Positions 1 through 11,583 of a DNA stretch of 64,000 nucleotides are shown in pieces. The notes beneath the pieces are model-generated. The model was not told the DNA's origin. It searched no databases and saw only the letters and a program-made list of their open reading frames with translations. The position numbers and the translations under genes are program-made. Each line of letters begins with the position of its first letter. The stretch's first letter is position 1. This stretch comes from Epithemia pelagica (lineage: Eukaryota; Protista; Bacillariophyta): positions 4,774,001-4,838,000 of the forward strand of contig OX337228.1 of assembly GCA_946965045.2 (NCBI GenBank), in the 5' to 3' direction.

Positions 1-1081
1 AACTTTGTATGGACTTTGGGATCCTACCCTACGTCGGACCATTGACACGGCCTTGTTGGCGGCCTTGACCGAAGAAGAGAGTGTCAGTTCCTTGCCCACC
101 ATGACGGAATTGCTTCCCTGGATACGAGAACGATTGCCATCCTCTCTCGTTTCGCGGAATGATACCACAACTGCGAAGATAGAGTCGTCCATGGTCCAAG
201 CCGTGGCACCCTTGTACCAACCAGTCCAATCGCCATGGTATGCCAGCACCAACCACCACAAGGACCATGACGGAGCAAACCAGGACGACGAAGAATCGCT
301 GGAATTTGGAGTGGGTGTCTTGCCTGCACCGTGTCCGGGTGGCGGCGCAAGTGTCCATGTCGCTCGCTTGGTGTATCAATCCATTCTTGTCAAATACCGC
401 AAGGCAACCACGAGCCACAACAACAACAACACTAAGCGAACGACGAGCACCTCCAAAATTTGGACGCAAGACGATCTCGTAACACAATGGCAATTGGAAT
501 ATCCGGGAAACCACGATCCTCATCCCTTTTTCGTGGGAGCCACGACCAAGGACGACCAGACCCATCAGGAACCGACACGGCTGCTGGTCTTGTATTTGCA
601 AGGATTAGCGGTCCGCGTTGGTGCTTCCCTACAATTGGACCAGCCGAACGACACTCACGAAACGACGGACGACGCTCCATCATCCTCCACAACGGGGCCT
701 CACTGGATGTACTTTCCCATTCATATTCCGGTTGCGACGACAACACCGACAACCCAAGAAACGGATACTACCAACCACAACAACAACAGCAATAACAAGA
801 CGAACCGAGATCCCGTGGACCAAACCATGCACGACTACTTTGCCACAACTCTCTGTGCGGTATCATCGACACCGACGGGGCCGAACGCCATGTATCATGC
901 CATTCAACAGGACGATTTGCTTCTTCACCTCAAATTCTTGTCCAATTGGATGGGATCTCTTCAATATTCACCCACGACGTTGTTGCAACGATACTTTGTC
1001 CGATCTGAGAATGACCTGGAATCTCCAGAAAAAAACGAGGAGACTTGCTACTATGCCTTTCAATCGCCGTTTACAGTATAA
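1..1081 (+). CDS. 5'-truncated protein, probably sister-chromatid cohesion protein DCC1 (C-terminal winged-helix region) with low-complexity insertions
   Basis: Frame is open from the window edge to TAA 1079-1081. Motifs WQLEYPG, LQGLAV and the C-terminal LLQRYFVR..YY resemble DCC1 (WQQSVPEG/LKGLAL/LLTKY). Many poly-T/N insertions. Confidence 0.45.
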   Translation, partial: TLYGLWDPTLRRTIDTALLAALTEEESVSSLPTMTELLPWIRERLPSSLVSRNDTTTAKIESSMVQAVAPLYQPVQSPWYASTNHHKDHDGANQDDEESLEFGVGVLPAPCPGGGASVHVARLVYQSILVKYRKATTSHNNNNTKRTTSTSKIWTQDDLVTQWQLEYPGNHDPHPFFVGATTKDDQTHQEPTRLLVLYLQGLAVRVGASLQLDQPNDTHETTDDAPSSSTTGPHWMYFPIHIPVATTTPTTQETDTTNHNNNSNNKTNRDPVDQTMHDYFATTLCAVSSTPTGPNAMYHAIQQDDLLLHLKFLSNWMGSLQYSPTTLLQRYFVRSENDLESPEKNEETCYYAFQSPFTV

Positions 1082-1149
1082 GGATGCGTGGGAACAACCA
1101 AGACAGTCAACTGTTTTTGAATGCTACATTATATTTCTACTAGTTTCAT

Positions 1150-2646
1150 CTATTTGTTGGGGGGCTTGGTGGCGGAATTTGTAGTGGATGGTGTCGTAGC
1201 ACTTTGTGTTGGTTGCAGTGTGTCGTTGGTTGGTTTGTCACTTGTTTCGACGGTGCTTTCGCAATTGGTATAACACTTTTCCATGGATGCCTTATCGACC
1301 TTGACTTGTATGTGATGAATCTCGGCAAATCCTTGGAGCGATGGCCGGTTGGACAAGTCCCACGAGGTTCGATTCACGACATGATAGCGCGTTTGTCTCC
1401 ACCCACCCGAGGCGGTGACCGTGGGACTTTTGCCTGTAAACAAAAAGGAATAATACCGGGCCCGATTAAACTTTTTGGCTTCGGCAATGACCGCCCCTCG
1501 TTGATGATTGTGGGACTTTTCTGAAATGGCCGTAAAGACTCCTTGGGTGTCCTGTTCCGATGGTCGAAAGGGCTCGCCATTCGGATCCTTGGTACAATCG
1601 ACCAATCCCATAAAGGCCAATCGCACATACAAATCATCGTCTTCTCCGCCCCATCCCTGCAACTGATTGTCCATGCCATTCACGGCGGCCCAGTGTTGCT
1701 GATGCATGGCCATGACAGCACCGACAAAGGTGGGATAATAAATGGTGAAATTGTAGTTTTCGGGCCGGGTGGCCAAATGAGTTGGTTTGGTACAGTTGTG
1801 GTAGGGAACTTGGGCAAAAAATCCGGGTACCAAATCGACATCGTGTTGGACAATGCATTCGGTATCGCTGGACACATGATCCAAACCCACATTCATTAAC
1901 AAGGCGCGATTAAAAAGTTCTGTATCGGCTTGTTCCACAATGTACAAGGCAAAGGAATGATTGGAAAATTCCCGGTCCGGTTCTTGTTGATCGGGAAAAA
2001 GGCGGTCCTCCACATTGGGTTGCGGGTAATGATACTTGAAATACATGGACATGTACTTCAAGAAGCGTTCTAAATGATAGGCTCGATCACGATAGGGAAT
2101 GACAATGGCATGTCGGTGATGACGGTGACGAGGTTGCGGTTGTGATTTTGTTGGTGCTGGTGCAGACGTTTGTGGATCCTCCTCTTGGACCATATTGTTT
2201 GTGGCTGTTGTGGTCGTCCTTGTCGTCTGGTTTTGGTTCGTAGCGTCTAAAGAATAATCCAATCGGTGAATGACCCATGAATCCTTGGTACCATTGGCAA
2301 CTTCACGACAAACATTGGCACGTGACATGCCCTTGCGTTTTTTGTGAATGACGGCTCGGGGCAAACTGGCTTGTACCATGTCCAACCATTTTCGCTTTTC
2401 CGACACTCGTTGTTCCCAATCCACTGGTTGCGGTTGGGGAAACTTGCTGGTCGGTGTTGGGGGAGTCGTCGTTGCGGACTGGAGGACGTTGGATGTGACG
2501 ACCAGGTCTTCAATATGGTTGTCGATCCAATCCATATCCGTGTACTGCTTCCTCATAAACCAGACTTGAACCAGGCCCATCAAGGCAAGGGAAATGACCA
2601 TTTTCCATGCAAAAGGCATGCGTAATAGAGTATCCAAAGCATCCAT
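1150..2646 (-). CDS. Beta-1,4-galactosyltransferase-like protein (GT7 family), type II membrane protein
   Basis: AIVIPYRDR, YIVEQ, FNRALLMNVG, HDVD (DxD), GWGGEDDD motifs; N-terminal TM anchor. First ATG is at 2646 (the ORF track begins at GTG 2688). Confidence 0.9.
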   Translation of the reverse strand: MDALDTLLRMPFAWKMVISLALMGLVQVWFMRKQYTDMDWIDNHIEDLVVTSNVLQSATTTPPTPTSKFPQPQPVDWEQRVSEKRKWLDMVQASLPRAVIHKKRKGMSRANVCREVANGTKDSWVIHRLDYSLDATNQNQTTRTTTTATNNMVQEEDPQTSAPAPTKSQPQPRHRHHRHAIVIPYRDRAYHLERFLKYMSMYFKYHYPQPNVEDRLFPDQQEPDREFSNHSFALYIVEQADTELFNRALLMNVGLDHVSSDTECIVQHDVDLVPGFFAQVPYHNCTKPTHLATRPENYNFTIYYPTFVGAVMAMHQQHWAAVNGMDNQLQGWGGEDDDLYVRLAFMGLVDCTKDPNGEPFRPSEQDTQGVFTAISEKSHNHQRGAVIAEAKKFNRARYYSFLFTGKSPTVTASGGWRQTRYHVVNRTSWDLSNRPSLQGFAEIHHIQVKVDKASMEKCYTNCESTVETSDKPTNDTLQPTQSATTPSTTNSATKPPNK

Positions 2647-3088
2647 GATGGTAGCCCGATATTCACTCTCGCTGTGACGACAATCCAAGTCCGGTCAGGT
2701 TTTAGGTTGTCTTCACGACGCCGTGCTGCTCGACTTTGTGAGACGAGTGTGTTTGTTTCGTGTAGGTCCTTTTTTGCAGTCATCCGTTACCAAAGGAAAT
2801 GGGTGGGGAATGGGGCAATTACAAAGCCTACACTATAAATATGGTAGTACCAATACAACTATTGCGTAAAATGTTCGTAGGTCCTATCCCTATCCCGATT
2901 CTGGAAACTTTGCCGGGGATCCATAGCTATGTGGAACCAGCAGTCGAGCAGCTGGTGGAGCATAGGAGTAGGTAGTCTCATTAATGGCGAAATGCGAAAG
3001 GCAATAAAAGCTTAACGGCTCATATTGTAGAAACGACCTAGGTCTTTAGATATTCAAGGTCAACCACATCCTCTATGATGCGTACTTC

Positions 3089-6000
3089 TCAAAAATCAAA
3101 TCGCTCCATCTCTCCTTGTTTGCCGAGTGCATCGACGGCTTGGTCAAAGTCTTGGGTATCCCGTGCCGCCTGGAGTCTTTGTTGTGTTGCCTTGCGTCGA
3201 TCCAGCAAAATTTTCTTTTGCCGAGCGGCCCAGTCATCGGCATCCTTGGCCTTGAGAGCAATACGTTCCGGTGGTAGTAATTCATGAACGTCCCGATAAA
3301 GTTGCAAAATTTGATTGGTAAGACCGGCCAAGACAAAGGTTTCCTCCTGACCAGCCGGTGTATCGCCACCAAATTCTCCTCGTGCCCCATCTCCCAGGGC
3401 CCCTGCCAAGTTGTCCACCACGGACACAAATGGTCGAACGTCCAAGGTGGGCATGACATCAATAAGCTTTTCCAATAGCATGCGTCGTTCCGTGGGTGTT
3501 TCCATTCTCAATACGTATCCAATGTGGTCCATGTATCGCTGGATACCTCGTGCCAATTCGGTGTACACTCCATTTTGCACAATTTTCAAGACGCACCACC
3601 ATTGGTTGTGTTGGGGATCGTCCAAGACACCGGCCCGGGCCAATCGACCTTCTTCTTCGGCCACGGCAAACTTGAGGTAGGCCACAAAGGCATCGTCGAA
3701 CAAGGGCCGCATATCTCGGACGACATCCGTCAAGGCCATGGCCGTTTCTTCTTCCGTCTTGTGCATCGGATCCATGGCTACCTTGCAAATGGAACGAATA
3801 ATCTCCAATTGTTGTGCTTCCAGTTCCGCACCCAATGCTCGGGCTTCCTTGACCAAGAGTTGCGCCTGAACAACCAACTGACCCAATAGTTCGCGTTCAC
3901 GAACATTGTCACGTTCGACCGAATCGTCCGCCTCTACCGAAGAGTCGTCGGGACCACCTTGGGATTCCGTGCGCAGTGATTCGAGATCACGCTCGACCAT
4001 ATTGGAAATGCGTTCTCGCATCAGTTGTACAAAATTGTCGGACAAGAGAACGTCCTTGTAATTCATGGCTATTTCCCGAACGCGATCTTCAGGTTGATTC
4101 CACAGCTCGTCCACCAAGAGTTGTAATCGAGAGCGTTCCTTTAACAGTTGCAAAGGATCTCGAATCAAGCCAATGGAAACGGCATCGTGCATTACCTTTC
4201 TCATGTTTCGAACTTGCTCCTCCGTCACTTTTTGTTTTCCAATGGTATATTCGGTTACATTGGACAATGTGACTGTTTCGTTGAGGCGAGAGAGGGCACT
4301 GGCGGCAAATTCGGCTTGTGTCACCGCTTCTTGCATGGCCTTGGGCATTCGTTCCAATTGCTTCTTCCAGTCTTTGGTTCCCGGCAAGGCACCGGGCCAG
4401 TTGACAGCTGTTTCTGGGTCTACATTGGGGTTGTATACCTCTGGTCCTGAAAATATGTCCAGAGACGGTCTGCTACCTTCTGCCATGTCTGGTTCGTCCC
4501 CTAACGGAGACTTGTTGAGTTTGACTTGTAACTCTACAAGGTCTTCTTCCAAGACACGAGCATAGTCTGACACATCCTTCTCATTTGCAATAAGACGATT
4601 CACATCGTTTTCAGTGGTCCCTCCTTCGGACTGCAACGACTGAGGGTTGTTTAGGGAGGTTGTGATCCGATTATCAGCCAGACGTTCTCCCGCTTCAAAC
4701 ATTTGTTTCAATTCATCTTCTGGCGATGGAACTCTCATGTTTGGTATATCTTGTTCATAGTCTTTCACTTGGACATTGGTTTGCCCCACTGGCTCTTGTT
4801 TCTGTTGATGCTGCTGTTGAAGAAACTCTTTGGCTTTTTCAAATGCGCCGCTGACAAAGCCGTCCCCGATGCGTTCCTCTTTTTCTTTGGCATCGCCAAA
4901 TTGCATGACCGATTCCAATAGTTGCTCGGGTGTCAGATCTGGTGCACCGTCTGCCATTTCATCCAGCGCTTCTTTGGCCGTCCGCATGACAGTGTCATTG
5001 TCCTCCTCCTCTTTCGCCGCGACTCGTGTCTTGGTGTCGGTTGTAGGATCCGCCCGCTGCTTTTTTGGTTTTGAATGTGAATTTCTTGCAGCCTTGTTGG
5101 ATTCTTTCTTGCTACGGGAATCCTTCTTCTCCATTGTGGTTGGTCGCAATTCTGCCGTTGTATTATTGGTAGCTTTGGTCGTCATGGAGCGTGCGCTCGC
5201 AGTCGTTTTGGCAGCTTTCGTATCGTTGGTCTTGTAGTCCTTTTGATGATAATCACGAGGACGCGAAATGGTTTGAAAAAAGGCTCGAGGTCCTCGATTT
5301 TCGGGACGCAAACTGGCGGGTTGAAGCGTGGTCAAGTCCACTGGATCTGGTAGTACGGTACGAGTACTGGACGAACCCGCCATTGGCATGGTGGTGGTTG
5401 CTGTGGTGGTTTGTTTGGACGGGCCGTCGTCCTTCGGGATAGGTTTCGAGACGCGGCCGGCTACAGAACCAGTCTTCTTCTTTTTCGTGGGAGATGATTG
5501 TTGTCGTCGTCGTTGCTGAGCAATTTGTCGTGCTGCGGTGACCGCAAAGCCTTCGGTTTGGCGTTGTTGGGCAATCGTTTGAGCCGCCCGGACGGCATAG
5601 TCATGGGCCGCCCCGGCGACAGGGTCCCTTGTTTTTTGTGGGGGCTGCATGTCACGCGTCGGCGTTTCGGGTGTTGGTGGTGATTCCTTTACAATTTCTG
5701 CATCAATCACGGAAGTAGGAGTAGTAGGAGTAGTAGGATGATGGTGATCGTGATGCTGGTTGGTTTGGTGAGCGGATGGTTCGTGTTGTTGTTTCTTGGT
5801 TTGTTCCTCCAACTGGCTCAATTCTTGCAAGTCCTCTTCGCCCCACAATTCTCCCACCCAATCCGGTGACGACGACGACGACGACGACATGTCCAACTCC
5901 GTGGAGAATGGCAAATCCACAGACTTGGGGCTGGACGGATCCTCGACCAAAGAACCAGACGAGGAGGAAGAGGAGGAACAAGTACAAGTGGATGGACGAC

Positions 6001-6988
6001 GACGACTTGTTGTTGGCTGGTTGGCCAAGCGTGTTGCTGTTGTGGGGGCAACGACAAAATCTTGCAAGGATCGATCCAAATGTTTGACAATTTCTTGTTC
6101 CGAGGCCGCAAACAAGTTTTGTACCATGGGTGGCAATTGGGAAAAGGCGTCGGCGGCATGAATACTCTTTTTTACCACAATCAACAAGCCCACCATCATC
6201 CTAGTACGGCCCGACTCGGCGGACGACGACACGGACGGTGGTGGGGTGACGACCACCACTTCGACTTGCATGGTCGTGGCAACGGGGAGTGGAGACAAGG
6301 GAGATTCCAAAATCAAGACGGCCGGATCAGTGTTCTCCTCCTGTTGGGAATTGTGTTTTGGATGTTGGTTGGATTCCGTCGACGACACTGACGGGAGCGG
6401 TGCATCGAGGTAGTCATTCATGTCGATTGTATCACGTTTGTCGTTCTCGTTCTCGTTCGGGTGATTCTGGTTGTCATGGTCGTCGTGGGGAGTGTATTCC
6501 TGCGACACGGGTTGGATATTGTAGACCATGGGCAATCGTTCTGGCAATTGCCATTCGTCTTGCAAAAAGGCAATGAGGGAGGCCAGAAATTCCCATTCAT
6601 CATCTTGTTGTTGCAGCTGCTTTTCTGGATGTTGTCGTCGTGGCTGAATCACTTTTTGATAAATCACCTTGGCATGATCCTTTCCTCCTCCCATTGAGTT
6701 GTTGGCAAAAAAGGATGGAGAGGATGATGATGAGGACGGCGATCGTGTGGCCCCGAGAGATGTTATTCGTCGCGGCGAAGCACGGTAAGGACGGTGGATT
6801 CGGAAGGCAAACCGTGGAATCGACGGACAGGACGAGGTTGGAAAGGCCACTACGGTTCCCATGCAAAATGTACAATGTAACCTGGCCAAGAAAGTGGTCC
6901 AGAGTGGTATCCATGACAACAACCAAACTCGTGTCTTGTGTTTTCCCGTGCCAGTCCGTCGAGTACCACCACGTGATGACGAGGACAT
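3089..6988 (-). CDS. Large uncharacterised protein, probably plastid-targeted; helical C-terminal domain
   Basis: Uninterrupted 1339-codon ORF; likely ATG 6988. Hydrophobic stretch followed by VVA-FP presequence-like motif, then an S/T/Q low-complexity middle and an ordered helical C-terminal ~450 aa. Confidence 0.75.
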   Translation of the reverse strand: MSSSSRGGTRRTGTGKHKTRVWLLSWIPLWTTFLARLHCTFCMGTVVAFPTSSCPSIPRFAFRIHRPYRASPRRITSLGATRSPSSSSSSPSFFANNSMGGGKDHAKVIYQKVIQPRRQHPEKQLQQQDDEWEFLASLIAFLQDEWQLPERLPMVYNIQPVSQEYTPHDDHDNQNHPNENENDKRDTIDMNDYLDAPLPSVSSTESNQHPKHNSQQEENTDPAVLILESPLSPLPVATTMQVEVVVVTPPPSVSSSAESGRTRMMVGLLIVVKKSIHAADAFSQLPPMVQNLFAASEQEIVKHLDRSLQDFVVAPTTATRLANQPTTSRRRPSTCTCSSSSSSSGSLVEDPSSPKSVDLPFSTELDMSSSSSSSPDWVGELWGEEDLQELSQLEEQTKKQQHEPSAHQTNQHHDHHHPTTPTTPTSVIDAEIVKESPPTPETPTRDMQPPQKTRDPVAGAAHDYAVRAAQTIAQQRQTEGFAVTAARQIAQQRRRQQSSPTKKKKTGSVAGRVSKPIPKDDGPSKQTTTATTTMPMAGSSSTRTVLPDPVDLTTLQPASLRPENRGPRAFFQTISRPRDYHQKDYKTNDTKAAKTTASARSMTTKATNNTTAELRPTTMEKKDSRSKKESNKAARNSHSKPKKQRADPTTDTKTRVAAKEEEDNDTVMRTAKEALDEMADGAPDLTPEQLLESVMQFGDAKEKEERIGDGFVSGAFEKAKEFLQQQHQQKQEPVGQTNVQVKDYEQDIPNMRVPSPEDELKQMFEAGERLADNRITTSLNNPQSLQSEGGTTENDVNRLIANEKDVSDYARVLEEDLVELQVKLNKSPLGDEPDMAEGSRPSLDIFSGPEVYNPNVDPETAVNWPGALPGTKDWKKQLERMPKAMQEAVTQAEFAASALSRLNETVTLSNVTEYTIGKQKVTEEQVRNMRKVMHDAVSIGLIRDPLQLLKERSRLQLLVDELWNQPEDRVREIAMNYKDVLLSDNFVQLMRERISNMVERDLESLRTESQGGPDDSSVEADDSVERDNVRERELLGQLVVQAQLLVKEARALGAELEAQQLEIIRSICKVAMDPMHKTEEETAMALTDVVRDMRPLFDDAFVAYLKFAVAEEEGRLARAGVLDDPQHNQWWCVLKIVQNGVYTELARGIQRYMDHIGYVLRMETPTERRMLLEKLIDVMPTLDVRPFVSVVDNLAGALGDGARGEFGGDTPAGQEETFVLAGLTNQILQLYRDVHELLPPERIALKAKDADDWAARQKKILLDRRKATQQRLQAARDTQDFDQAVDALGKQGEMERFDF

Positions 6989-8130
6989 GTTCCTTGGCAG
7001 GGGAGTCGTCGTAGATTTGTGAGAAGAAGACAAAAGGTCTAGACTTTCTGGTGGTTTTCTTCTGAATGATGGCTGTTCGAAGTCATGTTCAAGCATCGTA
7101 TTCGTCATGGTCGTATCTCAACAAGATGATGATGGATGTCTCCCTGCCATTGCAAATTGGACAACCACAAACTGTAGAGAAGCCAAATGGCAAATTGTTC
7201 TGTGCGGTCTGTTGGTGGCGACTGGCGACAATCGTCCGTCCACCTTCCCCACTTCCGAATGGAGGATAGTACGGGACCAAGAATAAAACCCTATTTCCTC
7301 GCGTATTAGTTTTGGGCAGGTACCCATCCTAGTTTTCCAGAGTGTGGACCCAACAGTATTGATGAAAGTGCGTCAGAATGTCATCCACGTGGGAGCCAAT
7401 TGCGCCATCCCCGAACCCCCCACACGCTCCGAGTCAGCGGCCAGATGTTCCGTCCATCACCCATCACCCATCATCCATCCATCACATATCATCGCCACCA
7501 CTTCTTCTGTTGGCTCAGCCATCACAAAAACCATTCACACAAGAAGAACGCGGCACGCACTTAGTTGTGTTTGCGTTCGGTTGGTGTCATCGTGGTTGTC
7601 GGTGATTGTCCATTGCCCTTCTTCTTGCTCCAGTAATCCATTGCAAGACCAGCAGTTCTTTTCTTTCATACAACAACAACAATTCTGGACAACATGGATC
7701 GAACGAACGGCTATGCCGGATTGACCCGGTTCTCTGCCATGGGTGAGTTTTATTGGGTGGCATCAAGACAGTACTAGGATACTAGGAGAGAGAGCGAGAG
7801 CGTGCTGAATGAGTAGAGCGTTTTGTTGTAGAGAGTCTTGACCAACGATGCTCTGTCCGGATCGATTGACCATGGCGTATGCGGTTGATGGGGAACGGAA
7901 TTTCTCGTGCGGCTGGGGTGTACGCGGTCTTTTTCGGTGTTGTTGGTTGTTGTGCGACTGCGGCTTGTGGTTGACACCGGCCCTGTGATTGACACGTATC
8001 TTGGTGGACGTTTGGGTCTCTTGTCTCTTGTTGTTGTTGTTGTATTCTGTGTGGGTTGTATCCAATCTATAGAATTACAGTCCTTTGCTCACGGTGCAAT
8101 CTTGTGTTTCGTTTCGGTGTTGATTTTCTC

Positions 8131-9792
8131 ATGGTTTGGTGGACAGCCACACTCTTGTTTGCGTCTTCTGCGCCCATGGCTGTGGAGGCCTACCTGCATC
8201 CTCCGGGGGTGACAGGGAGGAGGATTGTACCGTCACAACCACAACAACCACCACAACCACCATCAGTGTGGTCCAGCCCCGCCTTGTTTCGTCCCTATCT
8301 GCGACAACGACCAACGGTTTGTCATGCAGTGTCTTCTGCTCTGTGGACCGAGCAAGAGGCGGCGGCGGCGACACTGGATGCCACGGCCACCCTACCTTCG
8401 TATCCATCCGTGCCATTGGCCATGGTGGACCCAGAGGACACGTCGTCCTTTGCCTTTGGCAATTCTCTTTTCTCGGCCTCTCAATCATCCTCGGCTCGGT
8501 CCTCCGAGTCACAACAACAGCCCTTGTGGATTTCGGTAGATGACGTTTCCACTGTCGCGCCGCCCTCACAACCACCAGTCCGCCCACCTTCCGCACCCTC
8601 CTCGAAACAGGACGAGCCTCTCAAACCGTCCTCCGTCTCGGAGTCGATTGCCAAGAATAAAGTTCCCATTGGTACCAGCGTCATGGGTGACTCGGTTTCT
8701 CCTTCGGAACAGGGCATTGCGGAAGCACGATTGAAGGAGGACATGATGTCCTCCAAACTACAGGCTCGCGTCGAAGAGACGGGCTACGACAGCATGCGCA
8801 GTTACATGAAGACCATGTGCAATCACGATTTGTTGAATAAGAATGAAGAGATTATTCTCGCCCGGGAAATTCAAATTTTGATTCAATGGGAGGCGATCCG
8901 CGAACAATTGGAAGCCGATTTGCTGCGGCCACCCACGTACCAAGAATGGGCCAATCGGATTCAAGCCGATTTGACCGTAGCCGAGTTGAAGAAGCAAATT
9001 CGTCGTTCCTTGCGGGCCAAGGCGGCCTTGACCGAATCCAATATTCGGTTGGTGGTGAGTATTGCCAAAAAGTACCAACATCGGGGCTTGTCCTTTCAAG
9101 ATTTGTCACAAGAAGGTATTTTGGGATTGACACGGGCGTGTGAAAAGTTTGATCCGGAACGGGGCTTTCGCTTTTCGACCTACGCGTCCTGGTGGATTAA
9201 GCAAAGTGTCATGCGGGCCATTGCCGATCAAGGACGAACCATTCGGTTGCCCGTGCACATTCACGATCAATTGAATGCCTTGCGACGAGCGGAACGCGAG
9301 TTGGCCGCCGAGTTGGGTCGAGAACCCACCTTGCCGGAGATTGCCAAACATTCAGGCTTGAAACCCAAAAAGATTGAATTTTTGAACCGCGTCTCGCAAG
9401 ATTCCGTCTCCATGGAACAAGAAATCCGCACCAGCAAGAATAAGGGTTCTTCTGCGGGTGTGGGTGGTCAAAGTTCCTCCAGTTCGGATCGGTCCTTGAC
9501 GGTTTCGGATCTTTTGAGTGATCCGGACGATCAACCGGCGGAACAAGCCTCGTATCAAATGCTCAAGGATGATATCAGTCGTTTGATTTGTACATTGAAC
9601 TCGCGCGAACAGGCCGTTATTCGAATGCGGTTTGGATTGGACGATGGCAAGGCCAAAACCTTGGAAGAAATTGGACGGCGCTTTTCGGTCACGCGTGAAC
9701 GGATACGGCAAATCGAAGCTCGGGCCTTGCAAAAATTGCGTCAACCCTATCGCAACCATGCTGTCAAGGGATATGTACGAGATTATGCCTAA
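8131..9792 (+). CDS. Nucleus-encoded plastid RNA polymerase sigma-70 factor
   Basis: Region 1.2 [10 protein letters not shown]; region 2 [37 protein letters not shown]; region 4 [20 protein letters not shown]. Signal peptide from ATG 8131 ending VEA-Y. Confidence 0.95.
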   Translation: MVWWTATLLFASSAPMAVEAYLHPPGVTGRRIVPSQPQQPPQPPSVWSSPALFRPYLRQRPTVCHAVSSALWTEQEAAAATLDATATLPSYPSVPLAMVDPEDTSSFAFGNSLFSASQSSSARSSESQQQPLWISVDDVSTVAPPSQPPVRPPSAPSSKQDEPLKPSSVSESIAKNKVPIGTSVMGDSVSPSEQGIAEARLKEDMMSSKLQARVEETGYDSMRSYMKTMCNHDLLNKNEEIILAREIQILIQWEAIREQLEADLLRPPTYQEWANRIQADLTVAELKKQIRRSLRAKAALTESNIRLVVSIAKKYQHRGLSFQDLSQEGILGLTRACEKFDPERGFRFSTYASWWIKQSVMRAIADQGRTIRLPVHIHDQLNALRRAERELAAELGREPTLPEIAKHSGLKPKKIEFLNRVSQDSVSMEQEIRTSKNKGSSAGVGGQSSSSSDRSLTVSDLLSDPDDQPAEQASYQMLKDDISRLICTLNSREQAVIRMRFGLDDGKAKTLEEIGRRFSVTRERIRQIEARALQKLRQPYRNHAVKGYVRDYA

Positions 9793-10332
9793 CACCGCAA
9801 CCTCGAACATGTGTAGAAAGTGCAAATAGAGAATAGGAAGAACCAAGGATGTCATGTGTTTGTCTTTAATGTAGCGGGTACTTGCTCGTAGGACTCGTAG
9901 AGATTGAAGAACTCGTTTGGGTGAACTCATAGAGTTGACGACATGGACCGGACCCTGTAATCCGACAGTTCTAGGGAACACCAAATGTGTAAAAACGTCC
10001 TCTAAAAGGGCACCGCAACAATTTCCCCTCAAGAAGCAACAATTACTCTCATCAGCAGGCCTAGGTAGGTGTTGAGATGGAGGACCACTCTAGAGTGCAC
10101 TAGAAAGAGAGCTACCACTACTTCCAGCCGTGGTGTACGGAGGCAAGGGTATCTTTGCGCCGTCTGTCTGTGGGCAGTGTGCTATAGGCGAACTGTTATT
10201 TGGAGAATCTTCTCTCCATCCATCACGGTAGGATCTTTGGTTCCGACCACAGACGTTGGGTTTGGGTTCCATCAAACCAAGGGAAGGAACCCTTATTATT
10301 ACATTACAGAGCCATCAATATATTGGAACACA

Positions 10333-11350
10333 ATGAGAAACGCAGCTCGAGTAGCAACCCTTTGTTGGTTGATTGGCTTGGTTCAATCCTTTGCTCCACC
10401 GTTTGTTTCGAAGCAATGGTTGCGTCCATCGTCGCAAAACCATGCCGTATCCAGTTCATCGTCCTTGTCCATGAAATATACCTTGGTATTGGTTCGTCAT
10501 GGAGAAAGTACATGGAACATGGAGAACAAGGTAAGAAGACTTGCCACGGATTTCGACACTATCTAGGGTGTTGTTATTCGTCGTCATGGTCACTTTTGGT
10601 GCGGTGTCATCTCATGCCTGCAATGAGTTGTTGTTGTAGTTTACTGGCTGGGTCGATTGCCCTCTATCGGAAAAGGGTGAGGCAGAGTCCAAGTCATGTG
10701 GCAAATTGTTGCGCGAAGCGGAGTTTACCTTTGATAAGGCCTACACATCCACCTTGAAGCGAGCCATTAAAACCTTGTGGTTGATCTTGGAGCAACTGGA
10801 CCTCATGTATATTCCAATCGTCAATACTTGGAGACTCAACGAACGTCACTATGGTGCCCTGCAAGGTTTGAACAAACAAGAGACGGTCGAGAAACATGGC
10901 AAGGAGCAAGTCTTGGTCTGGCGCCGATCGTACGATATCCCTCCCCCCGACATTGATGAAGATTCGCCCTACTTTCCAGGCAATGATCCCATGTACCAAA
11001 ATGTCCCTGTACAAGACTTACCCAAGGCGGAATCGTTGAAACTCACCGAAGAACGGTTCATGAATGAATGGGAAACTGTCTTGGCACCGGAAATCAAAAG
11101 TGGCACCAAGCTGTTGATTGCCGCGCATGGTAATACGCTGCGTGCCTTGGTCAAACACTTGGACAATATTTCTTCGGAGGATATCACTGGTTTGAATATA
11201 CCCACAGGCGTTCCCTTGGTCTATGAGTTGGATGAAGACCTGAAACCCATTCCTCATCCCGATGCCATTGCACCCCTGACGGGACGTTATCTTGGAAATC
11301 AAGAAGAAATTCAAAGTCGTATTGGAGCTGTCATGGCGCAAACGAAATAA
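10333..11350 (+). CDS. gpmA: 2,3-BPG-dependent phosphoglycerate mutase, plastid-targeted; exons 10333-10530 and 10640-11350
   Basis: LVLVRHGESTWN..FTGWVD joined across GT-AG intron 10531-10639; RLNERHYGALQG, WRRSYD, AHGNTLR, NIPTGVP; presequence VQS-FAP. Confidence 0.95.
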
Positions 11351-11583
11351 AGTGTTGTTAGATGTTATTAACTGCCCCGAGTTATTGTTCTTTCATTTCT
11401 GCTTGTTTCAATCCTGGGTAATGGGTAGCCAATTGACTAAACGGAAGATAGGTAATAGATGCCCACAAAAGCAAATGCAAGACTTTTCTACAGTTACACT
11501 AGTTGGTACAACAACAACAATAGCACAAAGAGAAAATGCTGACGTGATCCAAATGCCAGCGCTTGTTGAGGAGAAATGCTCGT

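Noticed and set aside
8131-9792. Sigma-70 (and tgt, gltB, gpmA) as bacterial contamination
   Set aside because: Targeting presequences, spliceosomal introns in tgt/gltB/gpmA, and eukaryotic neighbours show a nuclear algal locus.
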